Virus record (IMG/VR): IMGVR_UViG_3300033463_000088
Span: 1-64,000 of that record
Length of the DNA: 64,000 nucleotides
From: a virus
Lineage: Duplodnaviria; Caudoviricetes
Reading direction: 5' to 3' (one strand)
Shown here: positions 1 to 9,841 of the stretch, in pieces
Layout: each line of letters begins with the position of its first letter
Position numbering within the stretch: the stretch's first letter is position 1
Notes under the pieces: generated by a model
Databases searched by the model: none
What the model saw: the letters and a program-made list of their open reading frames with translations, nothing else
Told to the model about the DNA's origin: nothing
Made by a program: the position numbers and the translations under genes

Positions 1-286
1 TCTGAACCATTTTTTCTCCCTCAAGCTTGTAATAATCGAGGATGCAGGTGTTATACCTGTCATATTCACCGACGGCAGCAACAATAGATGTTAGTTTAAG
101 ATTTCTAACATTTTCAATAGTTGCGTCCTCCGTTAACAAAAAATAATCACGTAAGTATCTGAGATAGTTGATGAAATATTCTAAGTTATTATCATGAGCT
201 TTAATACTATTTTCGTGACATTTTTTTAATTGTTTATTATAGTATGATGTAAGTTTTTTGATATCTCTATCTACTGCTTTTTTCAT
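1..286 (-). CDS. hypothetical protein (runs off window start)
   Basis: Not in the ORF track; ATG at 284-286 reads MKKAVDRDIKKLTSYYNKQLKK... open to position 1, downstream of an ATTGTATAATA motif at 297-307. Confidence 0.6.
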   Translation of the reverse strand, partial: MKKAVDRDIKKLTSYYNKQLKKCHENSIKAHDNNLEYFINYLRYLRDYFLLTEDATIENVRNLKLTSIVAAVGEYDRYNTCILDYYKLEGEKMVQ

Positions 287-333
287 CTTGATGTAATATT
301 ATACAATATTATGTGATAAAATTGTATTTTACG

Positions 334-1374
334 CTACTTGAGAATTTCAGCTAATTCTTGTTCTAAAATCTCCGAATTTTCTAAACAAGCCCTGCAACAT
401 TCAGCAAATTTAACATGTTGATCAACTGTTAAATCTGAAATGTCTACTGCTGTTTCTTCATTAGCAGCTTCGTGAATTATAATCAACCTGGACTCAATAA
501 TAGCTCCAGATTTATTTTCCGCAATAATTTGTCTTACTTGTTCTGCAAATCTTGCTAAGCATCTAACTTGGATAACTGCATTATTTTTTAGCTTAGTCAA
601 CTTAACCAAGTCGGCTTCTGAAACAATATCAATTTTATAGAAGTTAAATGCGTGAGGATTTTCAACAAATTCAACTGTTTGTTTATCAGTATCAACAATA
701 GCAATTCTATGAGGATATCTATATGCATCCTCACCAAAATCTTTACCTGTTAAGTTTCCTAAGTTTAATACTTTATCTTTAATAACCCATTGTCCATTAT
801 GTAAATGTCCGTTAAAGCAAATAGAGCAATATTCTGCTAGCTCTTCTGGCTTAAAACCAATACTTGATACTGCTGGTCCCATTTGGATACCGAACAAATC
901 ATTATGAGAACAGAGAATTCTAAATGAGCCTTCACTCATCGGTTTGAAGTATTCACTTACAGGTCTTCTATTACTTTCAACAATATAAGGTAAAAAGGCT
1001 AATTCAAAACCTGGCTCCTCAAAGAGTTTTGGTTCAGAAATAACAAATCTATTTCTACCTTCTAATGCTTTAGTAGAACTATAATGTAAATCAGCTTCTT
1101 CACTTTCATGATTACCAACTAAAAAATAATGCGCGCAGCCAGAAGCCCATTTAAGGTCTCTTAAAGCTGTAAGCTCATCTTGTGTTAAACTTGGTTTGTC
1201 AAAAAAATCACCTAAACAGATGACATATTGACATCCGCGTTCTTCAGCTAAATTTTCAGCCCAGTTAATAGATTTGATTTGGTTTTCTAATCTAACAGTA
1301 TAGTCAGTTCCAAATCTACTAATAATTGAGCTTCTTTCACAAAAGTGATTATCTGCGTATATTAATATTTTCAT
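334..1374 (-). CDS. SbcD/Mre11-like metallophosphoesterase DNA nuclease
   Basis: Calcineurin-like motifs ADNH, GDFFD, GNHE, SHND, GHLH; located in the recombination block. Confidence 0.85.
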   Translation of the reverse strand: MKILIYADNHFCERSSIISRFGTDYTVRLENQIKSINWAENLAEERGCQYVICLGDFFDKPSLTQDELTALRDLKWASGCAHYFLVGNHESEEADLHYSSTKALEGRNRFVISEPKLFEEPGFELAFLPYIVESNRRPVSEYFKPMSEGSFRILCSHNDLFGIQMGPAVSSIGFKPEELAEYCSICFNGHLHNGQWVIKDKVLNLGNLTGKDFGEDAYRYPHRIAIVDTDKQTVEFVENPHAFNFYKIDIVSEADLVKLTKLKNNAVIQVRCLARFAEQVRQIIAENKSGAIIESRLIIIHEAANEETAVDISDLTVDQHVKFAECCRACLENSEILEQELAEILK

Positions 1375-1400
1375 TATCTAACCTCTATTTATTATACAAT

Positions 1401-1440
1401 AAATAAAATACGGGGCAATTGTCTCGCAAAACCCCAGTAT
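1401..1440 (-). terminator. putative intrinsic terminator
   Basis: Imperfect GC hairpin (atactgggg...ccccgtat on minus strand) followed by a T-rich tract, just after the stop of 1452..2030. Confidence 0.55.
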
Positions 1441-1451
1441 TTTTATTGTTT

Positions 1452-2030
1452 TTATAAATCTTGCTCTAAGTAGTTAGCAACAAGATCAGCCATCTTTGTA
1501 AGGGTTGCAAGTGGATAGCTTCTAAGAATATCATGAATATCCCCTGCGTAGCAATCCTTAGTTCCAGATTGAGTGATTGCCTCAATTTGTTCGTCATTGA
1601 AATCGACGAAACGTTTAGCGATCATGTATGAACTAAATCCTAAATCACCAAATGTTGGACGGCTTTCTTTATAGCGATAAGCAACAACTGAGTTCCAGGT
1701 TCCTGTCGCATCGTCCTTGACATTCTTATTATAGGACTCATAGAGTTCAGCTCTATAAATATCTTTGAATAATGCAACTTTGATAATGTCTTCTTGGGTA
1801 TATTTACCTGGGAAGTAAGCATTACATAAAGTTCCTAATTCATAACACAAGTCAAGAGCGTATTTACATAAGCCACCCTTATAAGGTCTGAAGAATTGTG
1901 TAGAAGCAGGTTTATTGAAATAATCGACCGCTTCTAAATATCTTGTAATATCTGTCAAGTCAATATTGAGCTTGAGAAGTAAGTCAAGATACTTCATCTT
2001 ATTCTTATAAATTTCTTCATCTGTTAACAT
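1452..2030 (-). CDS. HD-domain-like protein, metal-binding His residues apparently lost
   Basis: KPASTQFF..YKGGLCKYAL..V and ALFKDIYR resemble the phage HD pattern APAS..YH...GGL..HSL.V / ALLHD.CK, with His replaced. Confidence 0.6.
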   Translation of the reverse strand: MLTDEEIYKNKMKYLDLLLKLNIDLTDITRYLEAVDYFNKPASTQFFRPYKGGLCKYALDLCYELGTLCNAYFPGKYTQEDIIKVALFKDIYRAELYESYNKNVKDDATGTWNSVVAYRYKESRPTFGDLGFSSYMIAKRFVDFNDEQIEAITQSGTKDCYAGDIHDILRSYPLATLTKMADLVANYLEQDL

Positions 2031-2041
2031 AGTATGTCCTC

Positions 2042-2848
2042 CTATTTACGTTTTTCAAGAATCTTATTTCCGACGGTATGAATACTTTGTTTTGTATTCT
2101 TTCTCACACAGGCGCCAATAGCGTAAATTCCTGGTGTTTTAACTAATTCGTTATATTCTTTAACAACAGCGTATCCTTCCTCGTCGATATCAACCATCTT
2201 TTTAGATAAGCCAGATACATCTGGAGCGCGTCCTAAAGCTAATAATAAAGCAGCGCAACGAATAGTATCATAAGTATCTAATGTAATTTCATTCAAATTA
2301 CCAGCTTTGTCTGTTTTAATTCCAGTGATATTACAACTTGGTAAATGTAAGATGTTAGCAGTATTGTCTAATTTTTTGAGTAATTTTTGGCTGCTGGTTA
2401 AATCAAAGGTATTGCTACATAAATAAATATATTTAAACTTTTTAGCAATATCTAAGGCGTATTTAACAGCGTCCTCATTATTACCATAAACTACTGCTTG
2501 TTTTGTCTTCATAGCTTCTTTAATTTCAATAGGTTTATAATAAATATTATTTCCCTTGAATTGAGATTTTGCTGGCTTTGATCCTGTTGCTATAACAGCA
2601 GTTAAACCAAAGACAGAAGTTCTATCTCTTAAAGTAATGCCAATGAGACTATGGTTATATGAAGAGCAAACTGCTTCACCCCTATATAAATCAACACCTG
2701 TTAAATCTAATTTGCCGACATTATCAAAATTCTTGCTAATAAAAGCAATCTTTAAATCTGATGCCTTTGCTCGAAGATAACTACAAAGTTCGACACCTTC
2801 GACAGAAGCGCCAATGATAATGACGTCATACATTTTATTTTGTGTCAT
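2042..2848 (-). CDS. thioredoxin-reductase-like pyridine nucleotide-disulfide oxidoreductase fold, degenerate
   Basis: YDVIIIGA N-terminus, VIATGS, second Rossmann-like segment AVVYGNNEDA, GIYAIGAC; no CxxC. Confidence 0.65.
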   Translation of the reverse strand: MTQNKMYDVIIIGASVEGVELCSYLRAKASDLKIAFISKNFDNVGKLDLTGVDLYRGEAVCSSYNHSLIGITLRDRTSVFGLTAVIATGSKPAKSQFKGNNIYYKPIEIKEAMKTKQAVVYGNNEDAVKYALDIAKKFKYIYLCSNTFDLTSSQKLLKKLDNTANILHLPSCNITGIKTDKAGNLNEITLDTYDTIRCAALLLALGRAPDVSGLSKKMVDIDEEGYAVVKEYNELVKTPGIYAIGACVRKNTKQSIHTVGNKILEKRK

Positions 2849-2868
2849 AGGTATACTCCTACAATATA

Positions 2869-3801
2869 TTATACAGCTTTTGGTGAGAGTTTTCTGATAT
2901 AATTTTCCATCAATTTATCGTGATTTTCTTCACCTTGCCACTCATTAGCAACCTCATAACTTGCTTTTTCTTTTGTCCAAAGTGAGTAGTAAGGACATCT
3001 GTTTTTAGCAGCAGTTGGTTGATTTTTGCTATTTGGACAATAAGGACACCAATAGCAGAGTGGAGATGGGTTTGGTTCCCAATCTTTCTTATCGATTTTT
3101 TCTAATAATTTGTTGAGCTTTTCAACACCTCTTGTCATATAACCTTTTGTTCCAGCTTCTTGAATAGTATCAATAAATGGAAGGTCATAAGAGCAACTAA
3201 CTTGTTCATTAATTAAACCATAGAGTTCTTTCATAGCAAGAGTGTAAACTACAAATTGAAGTGGAGTTGTCAACTCTTTGTGTTCTTTTTCTTTTGGCCA
3301 AGTTTTAATATCTTGACAAATATAGCAACCTGTTTCCTTATTTTTGAGAATACGGTCAATTTTTCCTGTAAATGTATAATCGCCGAAAGTAAACTTAAAG
3401 CTTTGTTCAGCAGCGATGATTTCAAGCTCTGGGTGAGCTTTCATATAGTTTTCAAGTCTATAAATATTCTTGTCTAAATATTCGTTAATTTTATCTTTGT
3501 AATATGTTCCTGCTTTATCTGGTTCATAGAATTCGACTGGGAAGGTATGTTCAATTTCATATGTCTTTAAAATAATCTTGTTTTTAAGAGCGACGTAATC
3601 AATTGGTGTTCCAGCTTTAATGCAGTTAGCGATAGTTTCTTCACAGTCATGAATCATAGAGCCAACTTGGACAGCAACGTTTGTAGCAAAAACTTTGTCA
3701 TCTTCAAAATAATGGAGCTTGTACTTAAAGCCGCATTGGTCATAGCATTCAATTTTTGAATAAGAGAATGAATATTGGTCTTTTCTTAATACTCGTTTCA
3801 T
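2869..3801 (-). CDS. PD-(D/E)XK nuclease, Cas4/AddB/RecB-like with Fe-S cysteines
   Basis: FSYSKIECYDQC, GKIDRI, QDIKT, QFVVY, C-terminal CYWCPYC...C. Confidence 0.8.
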   Translation of the reverse strand: MKRVLRKDQYSFSYSKIECYDQCGFKYKLHYFEDDKVFATNVAVQVGSMIHDCEETIANCIKAGTPIDYVALKNKIILKTYEIEHTFPVEFYEPDKAGTYYKDKINEYLDKNIYRLENYMKAHPELEIIAAEQSFKFTFGDYTFTGKIDRILKNKETGCYICQDIKTWPKEKEHKELTTPLQFVVYTLAMKELYGLINEQVSCSYDLPFIDTIQEAGTKGYMTRGVEKLNKLLEKIDKKDWEPNPSPLCYWCPYCPNSKNQPTAAKNRCPYYSLWTKEKASYEVANEWQGEENHDKLMENYIRKLSPKAV

Positions 3802-3809
3802 AGCATCTC

Positions 3810-4727
3810 CTAGTTAATTGTGTTTAAAATAATATATTCTAATTGTTTATCTTTTGACATATCTAATAAGCCGTTTTTTAATTTATAATCAATACTTGAT
3901 AAAAACTTAATTAAATATTGAAGCCTCTTTAAGTTATAGCTTGATCTGTATCTCTCATATCTTTTTGTATTAGAAATACCAAATTCACTTGGAGTATGTT
4001 TACCAAGTTCTTGTGTTGAGAATAAGATATTTTTAATATTATAACGGAGTAAACCTGTCAAGCTCAAAGCTTCAATGTTTACGTAAGTATCGTGTGATAA
4101 GAAATCAAATAAATATTGTTTATTATTATCTAAAATCGCGTCAGTTAAACCATAGATATCCGCTGTATATAAATAGGAGTCTGGCTCATATCTTAACTTT
4201 GTTAAAACTTCTTTTTGTTCTGGAATAGAGAAAAGAGCTAGTTTATCTAGTTCAGTAGTAATACCATAAATATTTTTTTCTTTAACGGCGTATAACCAGT
4301 CAATATCTTCCTTAGTTAAACCTGGACAAATAACTTTCATATAGTCCTTAACTTGCCAGTCAACTAACTTTGGAATTTCAATAACATAGTCAGATAAAAC
4401 TGCTTTTAATTTCTTATCAATTTTATTGCAAATAATGATAACATTTTCAAACATAGAATAATCTTCAAAGCTTTCTTCAAAAACATCAGTTTTAAGGACG
4501 TTTGTATAAGAAGAATATCCAATAACTAGTGATAAGGCGGAATCAAGCTCTGAGAGACTTTGAATGCTATTTGGAGTATGATTTCTTAACTCACAAATTG
4601 CTGCTGTATATTGGTCAGCTAAAAATGTATTTTCTGGACATACAAAAACAATAAGGTCAGAAGGAACTGACTCTTTTTGAATCATGTCTTTTAATTCCAT
4701 CAATTTCATTAATGAGCTAACCTCCAA
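3810..4727 (-). CDS. DNA polymerase III delta (HolA)-like clamp loader subunit
   Basis: Size, ELDKLALF helix, C-terminal IDYKLKNG.LD pattern typical of delta; adjacent to delta' and gamma/tau-like genes. Confidence 0.6.
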   Translation of the reverse strand: MEVSSLMKLMELKDMIQKESVPSDLIVFVCPENTFLADQYTAAICELRNHTPNSIQSLSELDSALSLVIGYSSYTNVLKTDVFEESFEDYSMFENVIIICNKIDKKLKAVLSDYVIEIPKLVDWQVKDYMKVICPGLTKEDIDWLYAVKEKNIYGITTELDKLALFSIPEQKEVLTKLRYEPDSYLYTADIYGLTDAILDNNKQYLFDFLSHDTYVNIEALSLTGLLRYNIKNILFSTQELGKHTPSEFGISNTKRYERYRSSYNLKRLQYLIKFLSSIDYKLKNGLLDMSKDKQLEYIILNTIN

Positions 4728-5524
4728 AGATTATCTAAAAAGTTTAACATAAAACTTTCTTTAATTATTGTTCTATTATTCATTTCAGCTTTTTGTTGAA
4801 TAACAAACATATAAGTATCAAAACTAAACTTATTATTTGTTTCAACATAGTCCTTGAAAGCAACATATTCTAACATATTTAAGAACATGTCAATCTCAAA
4901 CTTATTATAGTCTGTTTTACAGTTAATTTTACTAATTGGTGTCATTGCGTTTGCATAAGAAGCAGTAGGAACAAACTTAATAATTTTACTACAAAGAGTA
5001 TGTAGGTCTTTTAAGTTAGTTTCAGTAAAATTCTGTAATTGTCCTGGAGTTTTACAAAGCGCGTATATTAATTCATCACTGCAATCAAACGACCAGTCAA
5101 ACTTTTTAAGGTCTTCTAAAGTATAAGGTTCAAAGTTGTATTTAATACATCTATTTAAGATAGTTGGTAAAATACCAATTTCGGATTCAGCCATTAAAAT
5201 AAAATAAGTATTTCTAGTTGGCTCTTCAATATACTTTAATAAGACATCTTGCTTTTTATTTGATGAGCCTCTTAGGTCAAGTAAATAAAACTTTTCAACA
5301 GGACAAATATAAGCGTCTGCTAACTTTGCTCTTAGTTCCTCTGGAGTTAACTTATCTAAATCGATAATAACAGTATCAATATCTAAATGCTCTGCTAAAG
5401 CAGCAGCAATCCAACTTTTACCGCATCCAGAAGGTCCTAAAAATAACATAGTTTTAGGAATGCTTTGAAGAGTATAACTAAATAATGTATTGACTAACTT
5501 TTCTTGGCCAATAATAGGTCTCAT
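4709..5524 (-). CDS. DNA polymerase III delta' (HolB)-like AAA+ clamp loader subunit
   Basis: IIGQEK, Walker A GPSGCGKS, LLKYIEEP, ILPTILNRC. Confidence 0.75.
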   Translation of the reverse strand: MRPIIGQEKLVNTLFSYTLQSIPKTMLFLGPSGCGKSWIAAALAEHLDIDTVIIDLDKLTPEELRAKLADAYICPVEKFYLLDLRGSSNKKQDVLLKYIEEPTRNTYFILMAESEIGILPTILNRCIKYNFEPYTLEDLKKFDWSFDCSDELIYALCKTPGQLQNFTETNLKDLHTLCSKIIKFVPTASYANAMTPISKINCKTDYNKFEIDMFLNMLEYVAFKDYVETNNKFSFDTYMFVIQQKAEMNNRTIIKESFMLNFLDNLWRLAH

Positions 5525-6561
5525 TATTTACTCTCCTGTCTAGCAAATCTTAATAAGTAAGCCTCAATAGTAGACTTATAAGAATTATCATATCTAATAA
5601 TTGGTTTTAATTCTAATAAAGCATCAGCTAAATGATTGAACCATTTAACACCTGCTTCAATAGCAACTGTATTTTGAACAACAGGATTTTCCTTTGTTGC
5701 TAAATATTCTGGGATATTTGTTATTTGAATACTTTTGAATAAAATATACTTAGATAAATCTAATGTAAATTCAAGATAAATATCAATAAAGTTCTTTAAG
5801 TCTGTTCCTGAAGAATAGAGCTTATCAATAGTATTAAAGATAACATCTTCTTTTTTGTCTTGTAAAGCCCAAGTTAAATTAAACATAGCTTCATAAGAAA
5901 TATCATTTAAGACTTTCTTGACATTATCAAGGGACAAATTGGTTGAATAATCAGCGCATTGATCAAGTCTCATAATAGCATCTCTCATACAACCGTGAGA
6001 ATTCTTACTAATTAAATCACAAGCAGCTTCATAGTTTGTGAAACCTTCTGCTTGACAAATATGAGCTAATCTGGCTTTAATTAAATTACTATCAATCTTA
6101 GTAATATTATATCTTTGCATTCTATTTAAAATCATTGCAGGAAGCTTATTTGGGTCTGTAGTACAGAACATAAAAATAGTATATTCTGGGGGTTCTTCAA
6201 TACCCTTTAAAAATGCTTTCCAACCGTCAGGAGTTACAGCGTGACATTCATCAATAATAAAGATTTTATATTCGCTAACTAAGTCTCTTTGACCTGCAGC
6301 TTCAACAATAGCTCTAACATTATCAACACCACCATTAGAAGCAGCATCGATTTCGATAGGTTCACCTACACCTTGATTAATTGCATTAGCAAAAATTCTC
6401 GCTAAAGTGGTTTTACCGCAGCCAGAATCGCCTGCAAAAAGGTATACGTGTTTAAACTTTCTATTTTCAACAACTTTCTTTAAGATGTCTACTGTAATTG
6501 ATTGCCCGCAAACTTCTTCAAAAGTTGATGGTCTATATTTTACCGCTAATGTCTCAGTCAT
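5524..6561 (-). CDS. dnaX: DNA polymerase III gamma/tau (DnaX)-like clamp loader ATPase
   Basis: LAVKYRP, GDSGCGKTT, EIDAASN, IFIIDECH, EEPP, GCMRDA; start reassigned to ATG 6559-6561 after RBS aaggag. Confidence 0.9.
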   Translation of the reverse strand: MTETLAVKYRPSTFEEVCGQSITVDILKKVVENRKFKHVYLFAGDSGCGKTTLARIFANAINQGVGEPIEIDAASNGGVDNVRAIVEAAGQRDLVSEYKIFIIDECHAVTPDGWKAFLKGIEEPPEYTIFMFCTTDPNKLPAMILNRMQRYNITKIDSNLIKARLAHICQAEGFTNYEAACDLISKNSHGCMRDAIMRLDQCADYSTNLSLDNVKKVLNDISYEAMFNLTWALQDKKEDVIFNTIDKLYSSGTDLKNFIDIYLEFTLDLSKYILFKSIQITNIPEYLATKENPVVQNTVAIEAGVKWFNHLADALLELKPIIRYDNSYKSTIEAYLLRFARQESK

Positions 6562-6571
6562 ATTATTCTCC

Positions 6572-6934
6572 TTATAGTGTTGCAATTTGAGTGATTTCAT
6601 CTGTTGGAAGCCAACCAGACCAGGTTTGAGCAGTTTCTTTTTCTTGCTCTGGGTCATAAGCAACACTTTCAACATAAATCATTTTACCCATTGTCTTAGA
6701 AATATAGATTTTAAGATATTGGGATATCGGAGCATTGCCATTGTTCCAATTAGATGCTAAAACAGACTCTTTATTGTTTACAATAGAGCCAGGAAGCATT
6801 ACCAAATACATTTTGTTTAATTCATACTTAGGTTTGCTATATTTAGGTATAACAAAAGTCTGAGTTGCCTCATCAAAATAGTTTAAATTTGCGTAATTTA
6901 CTTGTTTTAGTTGATCTTTAATTAAATCTCTCAT
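6572..6934 (-). CDS. hypothetical protein
   Basis: 120-aa ORF directly downstream of the promoter motif at 6941-6951. Confidence 0.7.
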   Translation of the reverse strand: MRDLIKDQLKQVNYANLNYFDEATQTFVIPKYSKPKYELNKMYLVMLPGSIVNNKESVLASNWNNGNAPISQYLKIYISKTMGKMIYVESVAYDPEQEKETAQTWSGWLPTDEITQIATL

Positions 6935-6951
6935 CTTTATTATTATACAAT

Positions 6952-6980
6952 AAAAGGGCCTGTGTTTTGGCCCATTTTTT
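6952..6980 (-). terminator. intrinsic terminator
   Basis: gggcc-aaaacaca-ggccc hairpin followed by tttt on the minus strand, after the stop at 6984. Confidence 0.65.
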
Positions 6981-6983
6981 AGA

Positions 6984-7364
6984 TTATTTATCGTTAGTTT
7001 TATCTTTTAAATACTCTAATAACTCTAAGAAAAGATACTCATCAATAATATAATGATTTTCTTCTCCTGGGCCGAAGTTGAATACAAGGGCTGAATGAGG
7101 TTTTCCCATGAATACAGCTTCTTGTTTATTTTTCTCAAACCATTCCTTTTTAATTGAAATGGATTTGGAATGTTCCATTTTAGTCTTAGCTTCAAGGAGG
7201 AATTGTTCTGTTAATACATCACCTTTTGACCAATCTGTTGCTCCACTATTAGCGGTTCGTTTACCACCAGTAGCTTTAGCAATATCAGTTTCCTGGGCTT
7301 TTGACCTTGTTCTTGTTGGGGTCTTTTGACCTTCTTTTTCTCTAGTTAGAATCTGAATGGCCAC
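6984..7364 (-). CDS. PD-(D/E)XK endonuclease / Holliday-junction-resolvase-like protein
   Basis: ANSGAT..SKGDV....FLLEAKT pattern; likely GTG start at 7362-7364 after gagagg. Confidence 0.65.
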   Translation of the reverse strand: MAIQILTREKEGQKTPTRTRSKAQETDIAKATGGKRTANSGATDWSKGDVLTEQFLLEAKTKMEHSKSISIKKEWFEKNKQEAVFMGKPHSALVFNFGPGEENHYIIDEYLFLELLEYLKDKTNDK

Positions 7365-8526
7365 TGTATTTCTTCCTCTCAATTTCATTAGCTTCTTCAA
7401 CTGAACGTTCTTCAGCATCAATTGCAGCAGCATCTTCTTTGCTTAATAATGAACCATAAGATTTACTAGAGGATGAAATATGATTTTGAAGCATTGCAAC
7501 ATACTCATCTCTAAAAGCTGGGTGTTCATTAATATATTTTGTAAGGTCAGCCATATAACCTTTTAATGGTTTACCTTCTTCATCTGTATAAACTTCACCA
7601 GTTTCACAGTTAACTAATGTTCTATAAGCGCCGCTCTTTTGAATAAAGTCAAAACCTTCAGCAATTTCAATTAAATCATGGAGCCAATCTAAGCCGGTAG
7701 CGTAACGATAGGTAATAAAACCGCCGCCTCTTGTTGGATTAGCTGTACTATTCTTTGTAATCTTGAATTGGAGTCTAAAACCATCAGATCCTTCACCATT
7801 AGTAGAGCCGCAAGCTTTCATATTATCAGCTAGAGTAAATGTTCGTTTACCGAATCTAACCATAACAGATGACATGAATTGAAGAGCAAATCCGCAAGGT
7901 TCTTTATAAATTTGAATACCATTAACCATACCGCCATCACGAACTTGGTTAATAATAATTAAGATATTATCACGTTCTGCAAGCATTGTTTGCATTTCAT
8001 TTAAGAATGGATATAACTTTTTAGCAATAGTTGCTCTCATACCAGGGTCTTCAGTCATATCTGCTTTTAAGACAGCAGCTGGAATTAAGGCTGGGATTGA
8101 GTCTAAAATGATTAAACCAATATCTTCTGATTTTTCAAGCTCGATAATGACATCTAAAACTTGTTCACCAGACATACCTGCTGGAATATTAACGATTTGG
8201 ACAGCAGACCAATCAATACCATTCATAGCAGCTTGGAATTCAGTATTTAATCTGTGTTCAGCATCAACATAGACACAAGTTCTTTCTGGATGAGCTTTTT
8301 GATAGGCTGCTAATTCACAGCAAGCCGCAGTTGTTTTGCCAGAATGAGGTAAACCTGAATAAACACAAATGTTCTTATAAGGTAAACCACCAAATAAAGG
8401 ATAATCCATTCCTAACGCCATTGTTGGGAGTTTCTTAACCTTTGGTAATAAATCACCTTTAATGATTAAGTTATTATTCTTAAATTCTTTGTTTAATCTT
8501 TTAACTGTTTCTAAAATACTTGCCAT
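7342..8526 (-). CDS. recA: RecA/UvsX-like recombinase
   Basis: Walker A GLPHSGKTT, YVDAEH, IILDSIPAL, IINQVR. Confidence 0.9.
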   Translation of the reverse strand: MASILETVKRLNKEFKNNNLIIKGDLLPKVKKLPTMALGMDYPLFGGLPYKNICVYSGLPHSGKTTAACCELAAYQKAHPERTCVYVDAEHRLNTEFQAAMNGIDWSAVQIVNIPAGMSGEQVLDVIIELEKSEDIGLIILDSIPALIPAAVLKADMTEDPGMRATIAKKLYPFLNEMQTMLAERDNILIIINQVRDGGMVNGIQIYKEPCGFALQFMSSVMVRFGKRTFTLADNMKACGSTNGEGSDGFRLQFKITKNSTANPTRGGGFITYRYATGLDWLHDLIEIAEGFDFIQKSGAYRTLVNCETGEVYTDEEGKPLKGYMADLTKYINEHPAFRDEYVAMLQNHISSSSKSYGSLLSKEDAAAIDAEERSVEEANEIERKKYSGHSDSN

Positions 8527-8528
8527 TA

Positions 8529-9017
8529 TTATTCTCCTGCAAAATTACTTAATAATTTTTGTTCTGCCATTCTACTCATTAAGACACTCTTGAGAGCATC
8601 AACACATCTATGAATTTCATCAAGTTTTGTTTTGAATAGGCTGGAAATTAATGTATATAAAGCTTCAGCAACAACTTGGGAAGAAATGTTGGTTGTAGCG
8701 GCTGTTTTCTTAGCTTCTACACTGCCATCACTGCCCGCAAATTCTTTTGCGTAAGCTTCATTTTTTAATGTTTCGGCGCATTTAGCTTTTAATGCTGCTT
8801 TTTCTTTGACATCACCGAATTTAAAGGATTTAAGAGATAAGTCTAAGATTAAATTTCTAATCTGTTCAATAGACAAGCTTTCAATATTGTCTGATGTGTA
8901 ATCAATTAAAGCATTAACTTCTTTTGTAATAGGTCTCATGATATCGTTAGCGATTTCAATGAGTTCTTTATAAGTTATTTCAATATTAGTTAATGCAGTT
9001 TCTAACTTTTCTGTCAT
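8529..9017 (-). CDS. helical coiled-coil protein, possible UvsY-like recombination mediator
   Basis: Helical sequence immediately upstream of RecA; function inferred from position only. Confidence 0.4.
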   Translation of the reverse strand: MTEKLETALTNIEITYKELIEIANDIMRPITKEVNALIDYTSDNIESLSIEQIRNLILDLSLKSFKFGDVKEKAALKAKCAETLKNEAYAKEFAGSDGSVEAKKTAATTNISSQVVAEALYTLISSLFKTKLDEIHRCVDALKSVLMSRMAEQKLLSNFAGE

Positions 9018-9028
9018 AGTTTATCTCC

Positions 9029-9841
9029 TTATCTTAATAATCCATATTCAGCGAGCTTTTCAAATCCGCCGATGTAATGTATATAATCCTTCGCAACCTC
9101 AACAATTTGGTCGTAAGGTTTATTATCAATAGTATCATCTCCAATAGCGTATGAGATTTCTACTGGAGCATTTAAATCCTGGGCTTTTAACCAGGCGTAA
9201 ATTTGAACTGAAACATCTGCTTTGCTAAAATCTTTACCGTGTAAGCCTCCGCCTGTAGCAGAATCGCCCAAATCAGAGCCGATTTTTCTATTTGTAGCTC
9301 CGCAGTCTACATCAGTTCCGCCAGACCAATCACCTAAAGGATTAATAATGTTTGTAAGAGTTGGTCGGCTATATCTTTTAATATAACGTTTTAAGGAAGT
9401 AGTCTTAGCATTACTTTGACAAACAATAAGTTTGTTATGAACTTCATCTAAGAGATACTTACCGTCAGAAGGATACTTTTTATCTAATACACGCGCAAGA
9501 GAAGTTAAATGTTTCTCTTCGCTGGTTGCTGGAACACATTTAGCTATACCATTATCGCCGCATCTAAGCTTTTTGGCTTGGTTATTAGCTAAATGTATAT
9601 CCTGAGGAACCTCTACATAGTCAACTGTAAGAGGTCCAGCTATTCTTTTGACAATACTGAGAATGTCTTGTATAGGAAGTTTAACAGAGGTTTCATTAAT
9701 AATATGGCAGTTACCATGTCCGATTAATACTTCGACTGCAACACGAGGGTCAGCATCAACAGAGTAAGCTAAATCAACGATTGCGCCAGCAATACGGTCA
9801 GCTACTTTATCTGGATGATACATTGAGACCTTCTCAAACAT
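9029..9841 (-). CDS. metK: S-adenosylmethionine synthetase, short (270 aa) form
   Basis: HPDKVADRI, GDNG, GATNRKI, GGGLHGKDFSKAD match the MetK signatures GHPDK, GDQG, G.TGRKI, GGGAFSGKD..KVD. Confidence 0.85.
   Translation of the reverse strand: MFEKVSMYHPDKVADRIAGAIVDLAYSVDADPRVAVEVLIGHGNCHIINETSVKLPIQDILSIVKRIAGPLTVDYVEVPQDIHLANNQAKKLRCGDNGIAKCVPATSEEKHLTSLARVLDKKYPSDGKYLLDEVHNKLIVCQSNAKTTSLKRYIKRYSRPTLTNIINPLGDWSGGTDVDCGATNRKIGSDLGDSATGGGLHGKDFSKADVSVQIYAWLKAQDLNAPVEISYAIGDDTIDNKPYDQIVEVAKDYIHYIGGFEKLAEYGLLR

Noticed and set aside
2869-3801. CRISPR-Cas locus implied by the Cas4-like nuclease
   Set aside because: No repeat-spacer array or other cas genes; stand-alone Cas4-like nucleases are common phage recombination genes.
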